Assembly (NCBI GenBank): GCA_963707125.1
Contig: CAVPOU010000007.1
Location: 22,333 to 86,332 of the forward strand
Length of the DNA: 64,000 bases
Direction of reading: 5' to 3'
From: an uncultured delta proteobacterium
GTDB taxonomy: Bacteria > Desulfobacterota > DSM-4660 > Desulfatiglandales > HGW-15
Shown piece after piece: positions 26,087 to 36,860 of this stretch. The translations under genes were made by a program, and so were the position numbers. The notes below the pieces were generated by a model. That model made no database searches, was not told where the DNA came from, and saw only the letters and a list, made by a program, of their open reading frames with translations. Position 1 is the first letter of the stretch. Each line of letters begins with the position of its first letter.

Positions 26087-27190
26087 TCAAGCTTCGGAAC
26101 GCTGAAGAAAAGTTCGGCGAAAGTCCGTAAAGCGATCCTCCTGAATAGCTTGCCTGATGTCGGCCATGAAGCCCATGTAATAGTGCAGATTGTGGATCGT
26201 GTTCAACCGGTAAGCCAGGAGTTCCTTGGCCATGAACAGGTGTCTCAAATAAGCCCTCGAAAAATGAGTGCAGGTGTAGCAGGAGCAGTTCTCATCCACC
26301 GGTCGATCGTCATCCGCGTAACAGGCATTCTTAATAGCCAGCGGGCCTTGTTTTGTAAAAAGAGCGCCGTTCCTTGCATTGCGTGTGGGCAGGACACAGT
26401 CGAACATATCGATTCCGGCTATGACACCATCCAGGATATCTTCGGGTTTGCCGACGCCCATGAGATAGCGCGGTCTCTCGGCAGGAAGAAACCGCACGGT
26501 TTCCTGCACGACCTGTTGCCGGGTTGCCCTGTCCTCACCCACAGAGAGGCCCCCCAAAGCATAGCCGTCAAAACCCATAGCCACAAGCTCCCTGGCGCTC
26601 TGCTCTCTCAAGTCTGAGTACATTCCTCCCTGGACAATCCCGAAAAGGGCCTGGGAGTCGTTCTTAATGCATTGCAGACAAATCCCAGCCCACTGACTCG
26701 TCAGCCGGACCGAGTTCCGAACGTAGTCGTAGTCCGCAGGATAAGGCGCACATTCATCAAAGGCCATGATCACGTCCGCGCCCAGAGCTTTCTGGATCTC
26801 CATGGCCTCACGAGGACCGATGAAGTGGGTGGATCCATCGAGATGGGACTGAAAGGTGACCCCTTGCTCGGAGATCTTTCTCAGATTGGAAAGGCTGTAG
26901 ACCTGAAACCCGCCGCTGTCGGTGAGGATGGCTCCTTTCCAGCTCATGAAGCGGTGAAGACCCCCGAATTTCTCAATCAACCCGTGACCGGGGCGCAAAT
27001 AGAGATGATACGTGTTGGCGAGGAGAATGCTTACCCCGGCCTGCTCCAGGTCTTCCGGGGAGAGGGCCTTGACCGACCCCTGGGTGCCGACAGGCATAAA
27101 CACGGGGGTTTCAAAACGGCCATGAGGCGTGGTGACTTCACCTCGTCTCGCTCCACTGGTAGGACATTGATGGGTGACCTTGAACTCCAA
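26087..27190 (-). CDS. tgt: tRNA-guanine transglycosylase (queuine tRNA-ribosyltransferase)
   Basis: GRFETPVFMPVGTQGSVK, TDSGGFQV, and the Zn motif CSCYTC...H. Confidence 0.9.
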   Translation of the reverse strand: MEFKVTHQCPTSGARRGEVTTPHGRFETPVFMPVGTQGSVKALSPEDLEQAGVSILLANTYHLYLRPGHGLIEKFGGLHRFMSWKGAILTDSGGFQVYSLSNLRKISEQGVTFQSHLDGSTHFIGPREAMEIQKALGADVIMAFDECAPYPADYDYVRNSVRLTSQWAGICLQCIKNDSQALFGIVQGGMYSDLREQSARELVAMGFDGYALGGLSVGEDRATRQQVVQETVRFLPAERPRYLMGVGKPEDILDGVIAGIDMFDCVLPTRNARNGALFTKQGPLAIKNACYADDDRPVDENCSCYTCTHFSRAYLRHLFMAKELLAYRLNTIHNLHYYMGFMADIRQAIQEDRFTDFRRTFLQRSEA

Positions 27191-27224
27191 AGCACTTACG
27201 CCCTCGACAAAAGGAACCTCCGTT

Positions 27225-27384
27225 GGTAACTGCTCAGGTGTTTAGGCTGAAGACTGAAGGGCAATAATGATCATCCATGACACACTCACCTGCCAACGTA
27301 TCCAAACGATCTTGGCTTTGTGGGATTGCGCATGTCTTTTCCTTTAGGCTGTCTACCTTCAGTCTATCTACCTGAGTAGTTACC
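27225..27384. mobile_element. MITE-like element, copy 1 (~160 bp, ~15-bp terminal inverted repeats)
   Basis: GGTAACTGCTCAGGT ... ACCTGAGTAGTTACC. The interior is near-identical to 39052-39216. It lies between queA and tgt. Confidence 0.7.
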
Positions 27385-27560
27385 TCCGCTGAGTATTACG
27401 CTGACAAATTGCCAATGGACAGGTCGCTCAAAAACGGCCAGATACAAGGCGCCCAAAACGACAGTGATGAGCCATAAGGACTGAGTAAAAGAAAGGAATG
27501 ATTTCTTCTGAAAATTATACTCATCCCTCATCACTCAAACCTCAGTCCTTTCTTGACCTG

Positions 27561-28616
27561 CTACAGGATCAACATGGCATCCCCATAACTGTAGAAACGA
27601 TATGCCTTCGTGATCGCCGTCTGGTATGCCTTTTTGATCAGGTCCAGCCCGGCAAAGGCGGATACCAGGAAAAGCAGGGAAGAGCGGGGCAGGTGAAAGT
27701 TGGTGATCAGGGCATCCACGACCTTGAAGGGAAACCCCGGCGTAATGAGAAGATCGGTTTTCCCTCTGCCGCTCTTCAGCGCTCCCTTTGACCCGGCCAC
27801 ACTTTCTAGGGTTCTGACAACGGTCGTTCCCACGGCAACCACCCGTCTCCCCTCGCTCTTCGAACGCTCGATCGCCTGCGCGGTTTCCGGATCAAGGTCA
27901 TACTCCTCGTACCCCAGCTGGTGATCCCGTATGTCCCGAGTTCTGACCGGCCGAAAAGTCCCGTGCCCGACGTGAAGGGTGACATAGACGATGGAAATGC
28001 CTGCTTGTTCCAGCCTGGCCAGCAACTCCCTGGTGAAATGAAGACTGGCTGTTGGAGCGGCTACAGCGCCTCTTCTCTCGGCAAACACGGTCTGGTATCG
28101 TTCTCGATCCAGTTCAGAGAGACGGTCCTTCTCCTGTCGTCTGATGTAGGGAGGAAGCGGCATCATCCCCCTTTCTTCCAGAAGCGAATCAATGGACTGA
28201 GGGCCTTCGAAGGTGATCTGAATCAAGCCGTCCTCTCCCAGGTTTTCAACGACACCTGAGAGGTCTTTTTCAAAGAACAGGTGACCTCCCTTCCTGGGCC
28301 GCTTGGAGGACCTGAGGAGGCACCAGCGGGTATCGGGCTTCCTGCTTTCCTCGTTGCGATGCTCCAGGACCAGTATTTCAATGCGGCCGCCGCTTTCTTT
28401 GCGGCCGAAGAGCCTGGCCGGAATCACCCTGGTATTGTTCACCACCAGGAGGTCGCCGGGGGTGAGCAGCTCAGGAAGGTCAAAAAAGTGCCGGTCTTTC
28501 AAAGACCCGGTGGACCGGTCCACAACCAGGAGGCGAGACTTATCCCGGTCCGGAAGAGGGACCTGAGCGATCAGTTCGTCAGGCAGGTTGTAGTCATAGT
28601 CTTCAATGTCGAACAT
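27561..28616 (-). CDS. queA: S-adenosylmethionine:tRNA ribosyltransferase-isomerase
   Basis: YDYNLPDELIAQVPLPDRDKSRLLVV, and the C-terminal RFYSYGDAMLI. Confidence 0.9.
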   Translation of the reverse strand: MFDIEDYDYNLPDELIAQVPLPDRDKSRLLVVDRSTGSLKDRHFFDLPELLTPGDLLVVNNTRVIPARLFGRKESGGRIEILVLEHRNEESRKPDTRWCLLRSSKRPRKGGHLFFEKDLSGVVENLGEDGLIQITFEGPQSIDSLLEERGMMPLPPYIRRQEKDRLSELDRERYQTVFAERRGAVAAPTASLHFTRELLARLEQAGISIVYVTLHVGHGTFRPVRTRDIRDHQLGYEEYDLDPETAQAIERSKSEGRRVVAVGTTVVRTLESVAGSKGALKSGRGKTDLLITPGFPFKVVDALITNFHLPRSSLLFLVSAFAGLDLIKKAYQTAITKAYRFYSYGDAMLIL

Positions 28617-28756
28617 CGATGGAAAATACCAAAGAAGAATGCCTATAGGATATGGGAGATAATGTCAAACGATTTTGTCATCCCGTTTTTGCCTTGATAT
28701 ATGTCTTAATATTGGCTAAGTTTTAATAATTTTTAGATGATAGGAACTCCTAGAGG

Positions 28757-29863
28757 ATGAACCACCTGACGATTGATCTTTCGGCTCTCGCCCATAATCT
28801 CAACCAGGTTAAAGCGATTGTGGGTGAACACACCAGGGTGATGGGAGTGGTCAAGGCCGATGCCTATGGTCACGGTCTGGTGGCTGTGGCCAGGGTCCTT
28901 GAGAAAAACAGAGTCCACTGTCTGGGGGTCGCCCAATTCCACGAAGCCATGGAACTCAGAAACCGCGGGGTTTCTCTTCCCATTGTGATTCTTTGTGGAA
29001 TCCGGACGAGAGAAGAAGCGGAAGCCGCGGTTCACCATGGGCTGAGCCCCATGCTTTTTGACCTTGCAGTCGTTGAAGTGCTCGCAGAGGAATGCGCAAG
29101 GAAGAGCACCCATGCGAGTGCTTACGTCAAGGTGGACACGGGCATGGGCCGTCTGGGACTGCTCTCTTCAGAACTTGTGTCCTTTCTGCAAAGGATGACC
29201 CGGTTCAAAGAAATCCGGATAGAGGGATTGACCTCGCATCTTTCCTCTGCGGATGATTCGGAGCCCGAGTTCACGGAAGCTCAAATCCGCAGCTTCAGGA
29301 AGGCGATTGAAGCGGGGCGCACGATGGGACTTGATCTCCCACTCAATAATCTGGCGAACAGCGCCGGGCTGATGAAGTTCAAGGACGCTCATTTTAACAT
29401 GGTGAGACCGGGCATCATGCTCTACGGCGGCCTTCCGTCGCCTGATTTCAATCCCCCTCTGCCGCTCAAGCCGGTCATGCGGTTCAGTGGAGAGGTCATC
29501 CAGGTCAGGGAGTTTCCGGACCATACTCCGGTGAGCTACAGCCGGACCTACTACACCCGGGGGCCCAGGAGAATCGCTGTTCTTTCCGCGGGCTATGGAG
29601 AGGGACTCCCCAGGAATTTGTCCAATAGGGGAACGGTCTTGGTCCGGGGGAAAAAAGCGCCGATTACCGGAAGGGTGTGCATGGATATGACCATGGTGGA
29701 TGTGACAGGGCTGGGGGATATCCGGGCCGGGGATGAAGCGGTTTTCCTGGGAACTCAGGAAGGGGAGAGGATCAGCGCCGATGATCTGGCTTCCTGGACC
29801 GGAACGATTTCCTATGAGATCCTGTGTTCCGCAGGCCAACGGAATCCGAAGGAATATGTTTGA
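28757..29863 (+). CDS. alr: alanine racemase
   Basis: VMGVVKADAYGHG (PLP lysine motif). Confidence 0.9.
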   Translation: MNHLTIDLSALAHNLNQVKAIVGEHTRVMGVVKADAYGHGLVAVARVLEKNRVHCLGVAQFHEAMELRNRGVSLPIVILCGIRTREEAEAAVHHGLSPMLFDLAVVEVLAEECARKSTHASAYVKVDTGMGRLGLLSSELVSFLQRMTRFKEIRIEGLTSHLSSADDSEPEFTEAQIRSFRKAIEAGRTMGLDLPLNNLANSAGLMKFKDAHFNMVRPGIMLYGGLPSPDFNPPLPLKPVMRFSGEVIQVREFPDHTPVSYSRTYYTRGPRRIAVLSAGYGEGLPRNLSNRGTVLVRGKKAPITGRVCMDMTMVDVTGLGDIRAGDEAVFLGTQEGERISADDLASWTGTISYEILCSAGQRNPKEYV

Positions 29864-31539
29864 TGAAAAAAAAGCTGGATAACCTCCTCAATGAAGCTCT
29901 GGGGAAATGCTTCAAGACCGGAAAGCTCAAAGAGACCTCTTTGCCGGAATACGTCATCGAAGTCCCGAACAACTCGAACCACGGCCATTTCGCCACCAAT
30001 CTCCCCCTTGTGCTGGCCTCCTCCCAGAGAAAGCGACCGAGAGATCTGGCCACCGTGATCGTAGACAACCTGGAGGACAGGGAAAAGCTGATTGAAAAGG
30101 TGGATATTGCAGGACCCGGTTTCATCAACTTCACCATCACGTTGCATCAGTGGCAAAAGCTCCTGGGCGATATCCTGGCTCTGGGGGCCGACTACGGGCG
30201 AAGCGCCATGGGCGCAGGTCAGAAGGTCCTCGTGGAGTTCGTGAGTGCCAATCCCACCGGACCTTTACACCTGGGACACGGCCGCGGAGCAGCCCTGGGC
30301 GACACGCTTTGCAGGATCCTGGACTTCACAGGCCACGAGGTGGCACGCGAGTTCTACATCAATGACGCAGGGCAGCAGGTTCGCCTTCTCGGAGAATCGG
30401 TTTACAGCCGGTGGAAGCAGCGGTCTGATCCCGGATACCCGTTTCCGGAAAACGGTTATCACGCCGAGTACATTGTTGATCTGGCCAAGGAGATCTCCCG
30501 CGAAGTGGATCTTGGAACTCTGAAGCCCGATGAAGCCATGGCCCGCTGCGCTCAATTCGCCAAGGGGAGAATGCTTGAGGAAATCAAAAGAGATCTGGCT
30601 GATTTCCGTGTGGCCTTTGACCTCTGGTCCAATGAAAGCGACCTCTACGCTTCCGGGCTCATCGAAAAGACCTTGGAGTCGTTGAGGGAGAAAGGGGACC
30701 TCTATGAGGAGGAGGGAGCCCTCTGGATCAAGACCTCCTCCTTCGGGGATGACAAGGACCGTGTGATCAGAAAGAGCGACGGCCAGTACACCTACTTTGC
30801 CCCGGATATCGCCTATCACATCGAGAAGTGGAAGAGGGGCTTCACCAAGGCCATCAACATCTGGGGAGCGGACCACCACGGCTACGTTCAGAGAATGAAG
30901 GCGGCTCTGAAGACCAACGGGATCCAAGAAGAGTGGCTCTCCGTCCTCCTCCTCCAGTTAGTGAAACTGTGGAGGGGCGGGGAAGAGGTGAAGATGTCCA
31001 AGCGGGCAGGGCTCTACGTGACCCTAAAAGAGTTGGTCGAGGAGGTCGGCGTGGATTCGGCGAGGTTCGTGTTCCTGACCAAGAATCACGATTCCGCACT
31101 TGATTTTGACATTGACCTGGTGAAAAAACAGGATGCAGACAATCCTGTGTATTACGTCCAGTACGCTCATGCAAGGATCTCCAGTATTTTCAGAAAGGCG
31201 GCATCCGAAGACCTCTCCTTGCCGAGCGCGCCCGATACGGTTCTAGGGCAAATTGTGCTGGATGAGGAGATGGCGCTGATCCGGCTCATGGCCGATTTCC
31301 CCTCTCTCCTGGAAGACATTAGCCGGACCCTGGAGCCGCACCGTCTCACCTATTATCTGGCGGAACTGGCATCGCTCTTTCACAAGTATTTCAATCTGGG
31401 GACCAAGGAGTCGGAAAAGCGGATTGTAGGCCAGGATCAGGCCTTGAGCCAGGCGAGACTGTGTCTGGCGGAAGGGATCCGGATTGTCCTGTTGAACGGA
31501 CTTCGTCTTCTCGGCATTCACGCGCCGGAGCGAATGTGA
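29863..31539 (+). CDS. argS: arginine--tRNA ligase
   Basis: SANPTGPLHLGHGRGAALGD (HIGH) and VKMSKRAG (KMSK). The ATG overlaps the alr stop by 1 nt. Confidence 0.9.
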   Translation: MKKKLDNLLNEALGKCFKTGKLKETSLPEYVIEVPNNSNHGHFATNLPLVLASSQRKRPRDLATVIVDNLEDREKLIEKVDIAGPGFINFTITLHQWQKLLGDILALGADYGRSAMGAGQKVLVEFVSANPTGPLHLGHGRGAALGDTLCRILDFTGHEVAREFYINDAGQQVRLLGESVYSRWKQRSDPGYPFPENGYHAEYIVDLAKEISREVDLGTLKPDEAMARCAQFAKGRMLEEIKRDLADFRVAFDLWSNESDLYASGLIEKTLESLREKGDLYEEEGALWIKTSSFGDDKDRVIRKSDGQYTYFAPDIAYHIEKWKRGFTKAINIWGADHHGYVQRMKAALKTNGIQEEWLSVLLLQLVKLWRGGEEVKMSKRAGLYVTLKELVEEVGVDSARFVFLTKNHDSALDFDIDLVKKQDADNPVYYVQYAHARISSIFRKAASEDLSLPSAPDTVLGQIVLDEEMALIRLMADFPSLLEDISRTLEPHRLTYYLAELASLFHKYFNLGTKESEKRIVGQDQALSQARLCLAEGIRIVLLNGLRLLGIHAPERM

Positions 31540-31547
31540 GTTCGGGT

Positions 31548-32300
31548 ATGACCAAGAAAATTACCCCATCGAAAAAGAAAAAATACCAGCTGGAGCTCTC
31601 CTCCATATCTCTTGTTTTCTGGGTCGTGTGTATTCTTTTTTTCATGGGCTGGATCTTTGTGCTGGGAATTCTGGTAGGACGGGGCTTTCTTCCCGGCGCC
31701 AACACGGCCATCGCTGACCTGAAATCGCAGGTGACCAAGCTGCAGGAGATGGTGTCGCGTAACAAGCGGGTGGATCAGAAGCCTCAGGCAAAAGAGGATA
31801 TCGATTCCAAACTTGGATTTTATGATAAGCTGGAAAGCAAAAAGGAGGATAAGAGAAAGCCGTTTCCGGAATCGCCTCCCGAGCCTCCAAAGAGCGAAAA
31901 AGCGGTCAAACCCCCTGACACGGCTCTGGCCGAGGTGAAGGCGGACATCGCCAAGAAGGAATCCCTGTCCAAGAAACAGAACATCGCCAAGAGCGCAGGG
32001 CCTGAGAAAAAAGTGAAGGAGACGGTCCCGGAGCCCGTCAAAGCGGCGGAAAAAGCCCTGGGCCCCTTTCGATACGTTATCCAGATCGCCGCCCTGGATG
32101 AAAGAGCCAAAGCGGAGGCCATGGTCGGAAAGTTGTCCGAACGCGGTGTGGAAGCCTATCTCCAGGAGATGGTTGTCAAAGGCAAGACTTACCACAGAGT
32201 GAGATGCGGGAAATTTGTGACCAAAGAAGAAGCCAACAACTACGCCTTGAAACTTCCTAAGGAAGCGGGGACGGCCTGGCGGGTCGTCAACATCGAGTAA
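31548..32300 (+). CDS. SPOR-domain membrane protein
   Basis: N-terminal TM segment, a K/E/P-rich linker, and the C-terminal FRYVIQIAALDERAKAEAMVGKLSERGVEAYLQEMVVKGKTYHRVRCGKF. Confidence 0.75.
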   Translation: MTKKITPSKKKKYQLELSSISLVFWVVCILFFMGWIFVLGILVGRGFLPGANTAIADLKSQVTKLQEMVSRNKRVDQKPQAKEDIDSKLGFYDKLESKKEDKRKPFPESPPEPPKSEKAVKPPDTALAEVKADIAKKESLSKKQNIAKSAGPEKKVKETVPEPVKAAEKALGPFRYVIQIAALDERAKAEAMVGKLSERGVEAYLQEMVVKGKTYHRVRCGKFVTKEEANNYALKLPKEAGTAWRVVNIE

Positions 32301-32303
32301 AGC

Positions 32304-32762
32304 ATGATCAGAAAAGCGGTTATAGAGGACATTAAAACGATTCACAAACTGCTCAGCCATTACGGCGATCAGGGTTTGCTGCTGGCAAGACCCCTGAGCG
32401 AGCTGTATGATCACTTGAGGGATTTTTTTGTCCTGGTCACTGAGGACCGGGAGCAGAAGATTATTGGGACCTGTGCCCTGGGCATTTGCTGGGAAGATCT
32501 GGCGGAGATTCGTTCTCTCGCCGTTCTGGAGGACCAGCAGGGGAACAAGCACGCGACCCGGCTTGTCGAAACCTGTCTCCGCGAAGCAAGATCGCTCGGT
32601 ATCAAGCGGGTGTTTGTGCTGACCTACGTGGACAGGTTCTTTGCCAAGATGGGTTTCAAGACGGTGGAGAAATCCCAATTGCCTCACAAAGTGTGGTCCG
32701 ACTGTTTGAAGTGTTCGAAGTTCCCGGAGTGTGATGAAACGGCGATGGTCCTGGACCTGTGA
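32304..32762 (+). CDS. GNAT-family N-acetyltransferase (N-acetylglutamate-synthase-like small form)
   Basis: AEIRSLAVLEDQQGNKHATRLVETCLREARSLGIKRVFVLT is an acetyl-CoA-binding motif A region. Confidence 0.8.
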   Translation: MIRKAVIEDIKTIHKLLSHYGDQGLLLARPLSELYDHLRDFFVLVTEDREQKIIGTCALGICWEDLAEIRSLAVLEDQQGNKHATRLVETCLREARSLGIKRVFVLTYVDRFFAKMGFKTVEKSQLPHKVWSDCLKCSKFPECDETAMVLDL

Positions 32763-32807
32763 GGATTCACCGCAAAGACGCTAAGGGCGCAAAGAAGGGG
32801 GGTATCT

Positions 32808-32841
32808 CTTTCGTTTGCCGGGAGATGACGGCAAACGAAAG
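32808..32841. other. perfect 13-bp hairpin
   Basis: CTTTCGTTTGCCG-GGAGATGA-CGGCAAACGAAAG, with no T-run after it. Confidence 0.6.
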
Positions 32842-32923
32842 GGTTGCCCCGGGAGGTTCCTCAACAAAGCCTTCGATTGGGTTTATGCCATTCTCGCGGA
32901 AGCGGGGATACAGCTTTTTGAAT

Positions 32924-32956
32924 TCTGTCTACTGTCTTCTGTCTACTGTCTTCTGT
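32924..32956. repeat. 14-bp tandem repeat x2.3
   Basis: TCTGTCTACTGTCT TCTGTCTACTGTCT TCTGT. Confidence 0.7.
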
Positions 32957-32983
32957 ATTCTCCATTAATGGGGGGATAGCCTC

Positions 32984-33349
32984 ATGTTCGGAATAGGAAT
33001 GCCGGAGCTGATTGTCATCATGGTGATCGCTCTGATTGTTTTCGGCCCCAAGAAACTGCCGGACCTGGCTAAAAGCCTGGCCAAAGGCATGGCGGAGCTA
33101 AAGAAAGCCACGGAAGACGTCAAAGAGAGCCTGGAGGTGGACGAAACGCTCAAGGAGGCGAAAAAGGACCTGGCCGACTCGATCAGCGGCATTCAAAGGC
33201 AGGTGGAACTGGAAGGATCAGAAGCGCTCAAAGCGGAAGAGAAGACTGGGAGCGAGACGCAGGCAAGCCCCGATCAGCCCCAGATGGAGGGGACGGCTTC
33301 ACCCGGAGAGCCCCCTGCTGGGGAGGCGAAGAAAGATGGAGAGGGATGA
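32984..33349 (+). CDS. twin-arginine translocase TatA/TatB-family subunit (TatB-like length)
   Basis: MFGIGMPELIVIMVIALIVFGPKKLPDLAKSLAKG. Confidence 0.85.
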   Translation: MFGIGMPELIVIMVIALIVFGPKKLPDLAKSLAKGMAELKKATEDVKESLEVDETLKEAKKDLADSISGIQRQVELEGSEALKAEEKTGSETQASPDQPQMEGTASPGEPPAGEAKKDGEG

Positions 33350-34079
33350 AAAGTCGCCTCTCCTGAGTCATCTGGGGGAGATCCGGAAAAGGCTCGCTCG
33401 CTCCGCGATTGCCGTGGGCGTCGGGTTTGCCATCACCTACGCGTTTTCCGAGAAGCTTTTCGGAATCCTCGCCTACCCTCTGAAAGCCAACATGCCTCCC
33501 GGGGACCGGCTGGTCTACACCAGCCTCCCCGAGATGTTCTTCATCTACATCAAGACAGCACTCGTTGCCGGCCTTCTTCTCGCGGCGCCCTATGTCTTCT
33601 ACCAGATTTACCTCCTGGTCGCTCCAGGGCTTTATCAGAAAGAGCAAAGAACCCTCATCCCCTTTGTGCTGTGCTCTACCGTGCTTTTTGTGGGAGGAGC
33701 TCTTTTCGGCTACTTTGTGGTCTTTCCTTCCGGGTTCAAATTCTTTCTGGCCTTCTCCAACGAGTCCATCCGCGCCCTTCCTTCGGTGAGGCAGTATTTC
33801 TCCCTGGCCGTTAAACTGCTCTTTGCTTTCGGTTTTGTCTTTGAGCTTCCCGTGGTCGTTTTCTTTCTCAGCCGAATGGGAGTGGTGACCTCAGATTTCC
33901 TGAAGCAGAAGCGCCGCTATGCCATCCTCCTCATCTTCATTATTGCCGCAGTCCTGACCCCGCCCGACGTGATCACCCAGTTTATGATGGCGGTGCCCCT
34001 CATGGCCCTCTACGAAATCAGCATTCTCATCGCAAAGGTTGCCGGAAAGAAAAAGAAAGAATCAGAAGATAAAACATAA
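33336..34079 (+). CDS. tatC: twin-arginine translocase subunit TatC
   Basis: PLLSHLGEIRKRL..., six TM segments, and TPPDVITQ. Confidence 0.9.
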   Translation: MERDEKSPLLSHLGEIRKRLARSAIAVGVGFAITYAFSEKLFGILAYPLKANMPPGDRLVYTSLPEMFFIYIKTALVAGLLLAAPYVFYQIYLLVAPGLYQKEQRTLIPFVLCSTVLFVGGALFGYFVVFPSGFKFFLAFSNESIRALPSVRQYFSLAVKLLFAFGFVFELPVVVFFLSRMGVVTSDFLKQKRRYAILLIFIIAAVLTPPDVITQFMMAVPLMALYEISILIAKVAGKKKKESEDKT

Positions 34080-34138
34080 AAAGGCTATCCCCACCGCGAG
34101 GATGGGGATAGCCTTTCGGCCTAACTGCAACCCGTTGA

Positions 34139-36049
34139 TCATTTCTTCACTTCTTCGAAATCCGCATCGACCACATCCTCGTCCTTCTTTGAGGCGCCGC
34201 CGCCCTGCGGTTCGCCGCCTCCGGCGCCTGCGTGTGCCTGCTGGGAGGCGCGGGAGTACATCATCTCTGCGAGCTTATGGGAGGTCTGGGTGAGCTCGTC
34301 GGAGAGGCGCTTGATCTCCTCCGTATTATCCCCCTCCATGGCCTTCTTGAGCTTTTCGATGCCCCGGTCCACGTCGCCCTTGGTCGTCGCATCGACCTTG
34401 TCCCCGAGTTCCTTAATGGATTTCTCGGTGGAGTAGATCATGGAATCCGCCATGTTGCGCGCATCCACCAGCTCCCTTTTCTTCTTGTCCTCTTCAGCGT
34501 GAAGCTCCGCGTCCTTCACAAGGTTCTTAATCTCTTCCTCGGAAAGGCCGCTGGATGCCGTGATGCGGATGGACTGTTCTTTGCTGGTTCCCAGATCCTT
34601 GGCCGAGACATTGACGATGCCGTTTGCATCGATGTCAAAGGTCACCTCAATCTGGGGGAGCCCTCTCGGCGCTGCTGGAATTCCGACGAGCTGGAAGCGG
34701 CCGAGCGTCTTGTTGCTTGCCGCCATCTCCCGTTCTCCCTGAAGCACGTGGATTTCCACAGCCGGCTGATTGTCGGCCGCCGTGGAAAAGATCTGGCTTT
34801 TTCTCGTCGGAATGGTGGTGTTCTTGTCGATCAATTTGGTGAAAACGCCGCCGAGAGTCTCAATCCCCAGAGAGAGAGGCGTCACGTCGAGAAGAAGGAC
34901 GTCCTTGACCTCCCCTTTCAAAACACCGGCCTGAATCGCGGCGCCCGCAGCGACGACCTCATCAGGGTTCACGTTCTTGCTGGGCTCTTTGCCGAAGAGC
35001 TCCTTCACTTTCTGCTGAACCTTGGGCATCCGGGTCATGCCTCCGACCAGAATGACTTCATCAAGGTCAGAGAGTTTGAGCCCTGAGTCTTTGATGGCGA
35101 TGTTGCAGGGCCCAACCATTTTTTCAATGAGGTCATCCACCAGGGCTTCCAGCTTGGCCCGGGTGAGCTTTATGTTGAGATGCTTGGGCCCTGTAGCGTC
35201 CGCAGTGATAAAAGGCAGATTGATGTCTGTTTCCTGGGAAGAGGAGAGCTCCATTTTTGCTTTCTCAGCGGCTTCCTTCAGCCGCTGCAAAGCCATTTTG
35301 TCTGTCCTCAGATCAATGCCCTGGTCCTTCTTGAATTCATTGGCCAGATAATCCACCACCCGCAAGTCAAAATCTTCACCTCCCAGGTGGGTGTCCCCGT
35401 TGGTCGACTTGACTTCAAAGACCCCTTCTCCGATCTCCAGGATGGAGATATCAAAGGTCCCGCCGCCCAGATCAAAGACGGCGATCTTCTTGTCACCCTT
35501 CTTGTCCACACCGAAAGCAAGAGAGGCAGCCGTCGGCTCATTGATGATTCTCAACACATTCAGGCCGGCGATCCGGCCCGCATCCTTGGTCGCCTGCCTC
35601 TGGCTGTCATTGAAGTAGGCGGGTACCGTGATGACCGCTTCCGTCACCTTCTCACCGAGATAATCCTCTGCCGTCTGTTTCATCTTGGTGAGGATCATCG
35701 AGGATATCTCCGAAGGGCTGTACGCTTGCCCTCTGGCCGTCACGTGAGCATCGCCGTTCTGCGCCTTCACGATTTTGTAGGGAAGGACTTTGATGTCTTG
35801 CTGAACTTCTCCTGAGTCAAATTTGCGGCCGATCAATCTCTTGACTGCGGAAACCGTGTGGTCAGGATTGGTGATGGCCTGCCTTTTGGCTATCTGCCCG
35901 ACGAGTCTTTCTCCCTTATCGGTGAAGGCGACAATGGAGGGAGTGGTTCGGCTTCCCTCCGCATTGGCGATAACGACCGGGTCCCCACCCTCCATGATGG
36001 CCACGCACGAATTGGTCGTTCCAAGATCAATACCAATAACTTTTCCCAT
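34139..36049 (-). CDS. dnaK: molecular chaperone DnaK
   Basis: [33 protein letters not shown]. Confidence 0.95.
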   Translation of the reverse strand: MGKVIGIDLGTTNSCVAIMEGGDPVVIANAEGSRTTPSIVAFTDKGERLVGQIAKRQAITNPDHTVSAVKRLIGRKFDSGEVQQDIKVLPYKIVKAQNGDAHVTARGQAYSPSEISSMILTKMKQTAEDYLGEKVTEAVITVPAYFNDSQRQATKDAGRIAGLNVLRIINEPTAASLAFGVDKKGDKKIAVFDLGGGTFDISILEIGEGVFEVKSTNGDTHLGGEDFDLRVVDYLANEFKKDQGIDLRTDKMALQRLKEAAEKAKMELSSSQETDINLPFITADATGPKHLNIKLTRAKLEALVDDLIEKMVGPCNIAIKDSGLKLSDLDEVILVGGMTRMPKVQQKVKELFGKEPSKNVNPDEVVAAGAAIQAGVLKGEVKDVLLLDVTPLSLGIETLGGVFTKLIDKNTTIPTRKSQIFSTAADNQPAVEIHVLQGEREMAASNKTLGRFQLVGIPAAPRGLPQIEVTFDIDANGIVNVSAKDLGTSKEQSIRITASSGLSEEEIKNLVKDAELHAEEDKKKRELVDARNMADSMIYSTEKSIKELGDKVDATTKGDVDRGIEKLKKAMEGDNTEEIKRLSDELTQTSHKLAEMMYSRASQQAHAGAGGGEPQGGGASKKDEDVVDADFEEVKK

Positions 36050-36077
36050 TTTTTCCTCCTAATATGTTCTAACCGAA

Positions 36078-36755
36078 TTAATTTCTATCGCATTCCCTTT
36101 CGGAATTCTTATCCTGGTCAGCCTGTTGGCCCGCCTTTTTCCTGTTCACGACGACCATGGCAGGCCGAATCAAACGACTGTTCAAAACATATCCCTTTTG
36201 CAGTTCCGTGATGACGATCCCCGGTTTTGCTTTTGGATCATCCATCTCGGAAACCGCTTCATGAAAGCAGGGATCAAAGCTCTCACCCAGAGCCTTCACT
36301 TCCTCAAGGCCGGATTTTGACAAGGAGTCCTTCAGCCCCTTGAGAGTCAGATGGATACCTTCCTTCAGCGCATGGACGGTGTTTTCATTGTTGGAATGAG
36401 ATAATGCCTTTTCGAGATTGTCTAATACAGGCAGCATCTCTTTGATCAGAGTTTCGCTGGCGAATTTAAGCCAGTCCTCTTTGTCTTTCCTATTCCTTTT
36501 CTTCATGTTTTCCATCTCTGCCTGCGACCGCAAGTAGAGATCATAATTTCTCTGCGACTCCTTCTGAAGTTCCTGGATTTTTTCCACCAATTCTTCTTTC
36601 GTCATGTTGCCCAGGAACTTGTCCACTGGCTCTGATACAACCTCTCCGTCCCTCTTGTCTTGATGGAGCGATTCCTCTGATTGGCGTTCAAGACTCTGAT
36701 CATTCATGTCTCTAAAATCACGACTCCTTTGCTTTGAATTTGAGCTCGAATCCAA
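36078..36755 (-). CDS. grpE: nucleotide exchange factor GrpE
   Basis: YLRSQAEMENMKKR...LLPVLDNLEKAL...FDPCFHEAV. The start may be Met17 (36707). Confidence 0.85.
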   Translation of the reverse strand: MDSSSNSKQRSRDFRDMNDQSLERQSEESLHQDKRDGEVVSEPVDKFLGNMTKEELVEKIQELQKESQRNYDLYLRSQAEMENMKKRNRKDKEDWLKFASETLIKEMLPVLDNLEKALSHSNNENTVHALKEGIHLTLKGLKDSLSKSGLEEVKALGESFDPCFHEAVSEMDDPKAKPGIVITELQKGYVLNSRLIRPAMVVVNRKKAGQQADQDKNSERECDRN

Positions 36756-36860
36756 GTAATTTCAAAAAGATAGGGAGCAAAAAACAACTTAACAGTAAGC
36801 ATCTGGGTTGGCTTTGTCAAGGCAAGGGAAAGGAGGTTTTGGAAAGCCGGCACAAGGCTC

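Noticed and set aside
31518-32687. 389-aa ORF on the minus strand
   Set aside because: It is antisense to the SPOR-domain and GNAT genes and has low-complexity R/L/F/G composition. It is a shadow ORF.
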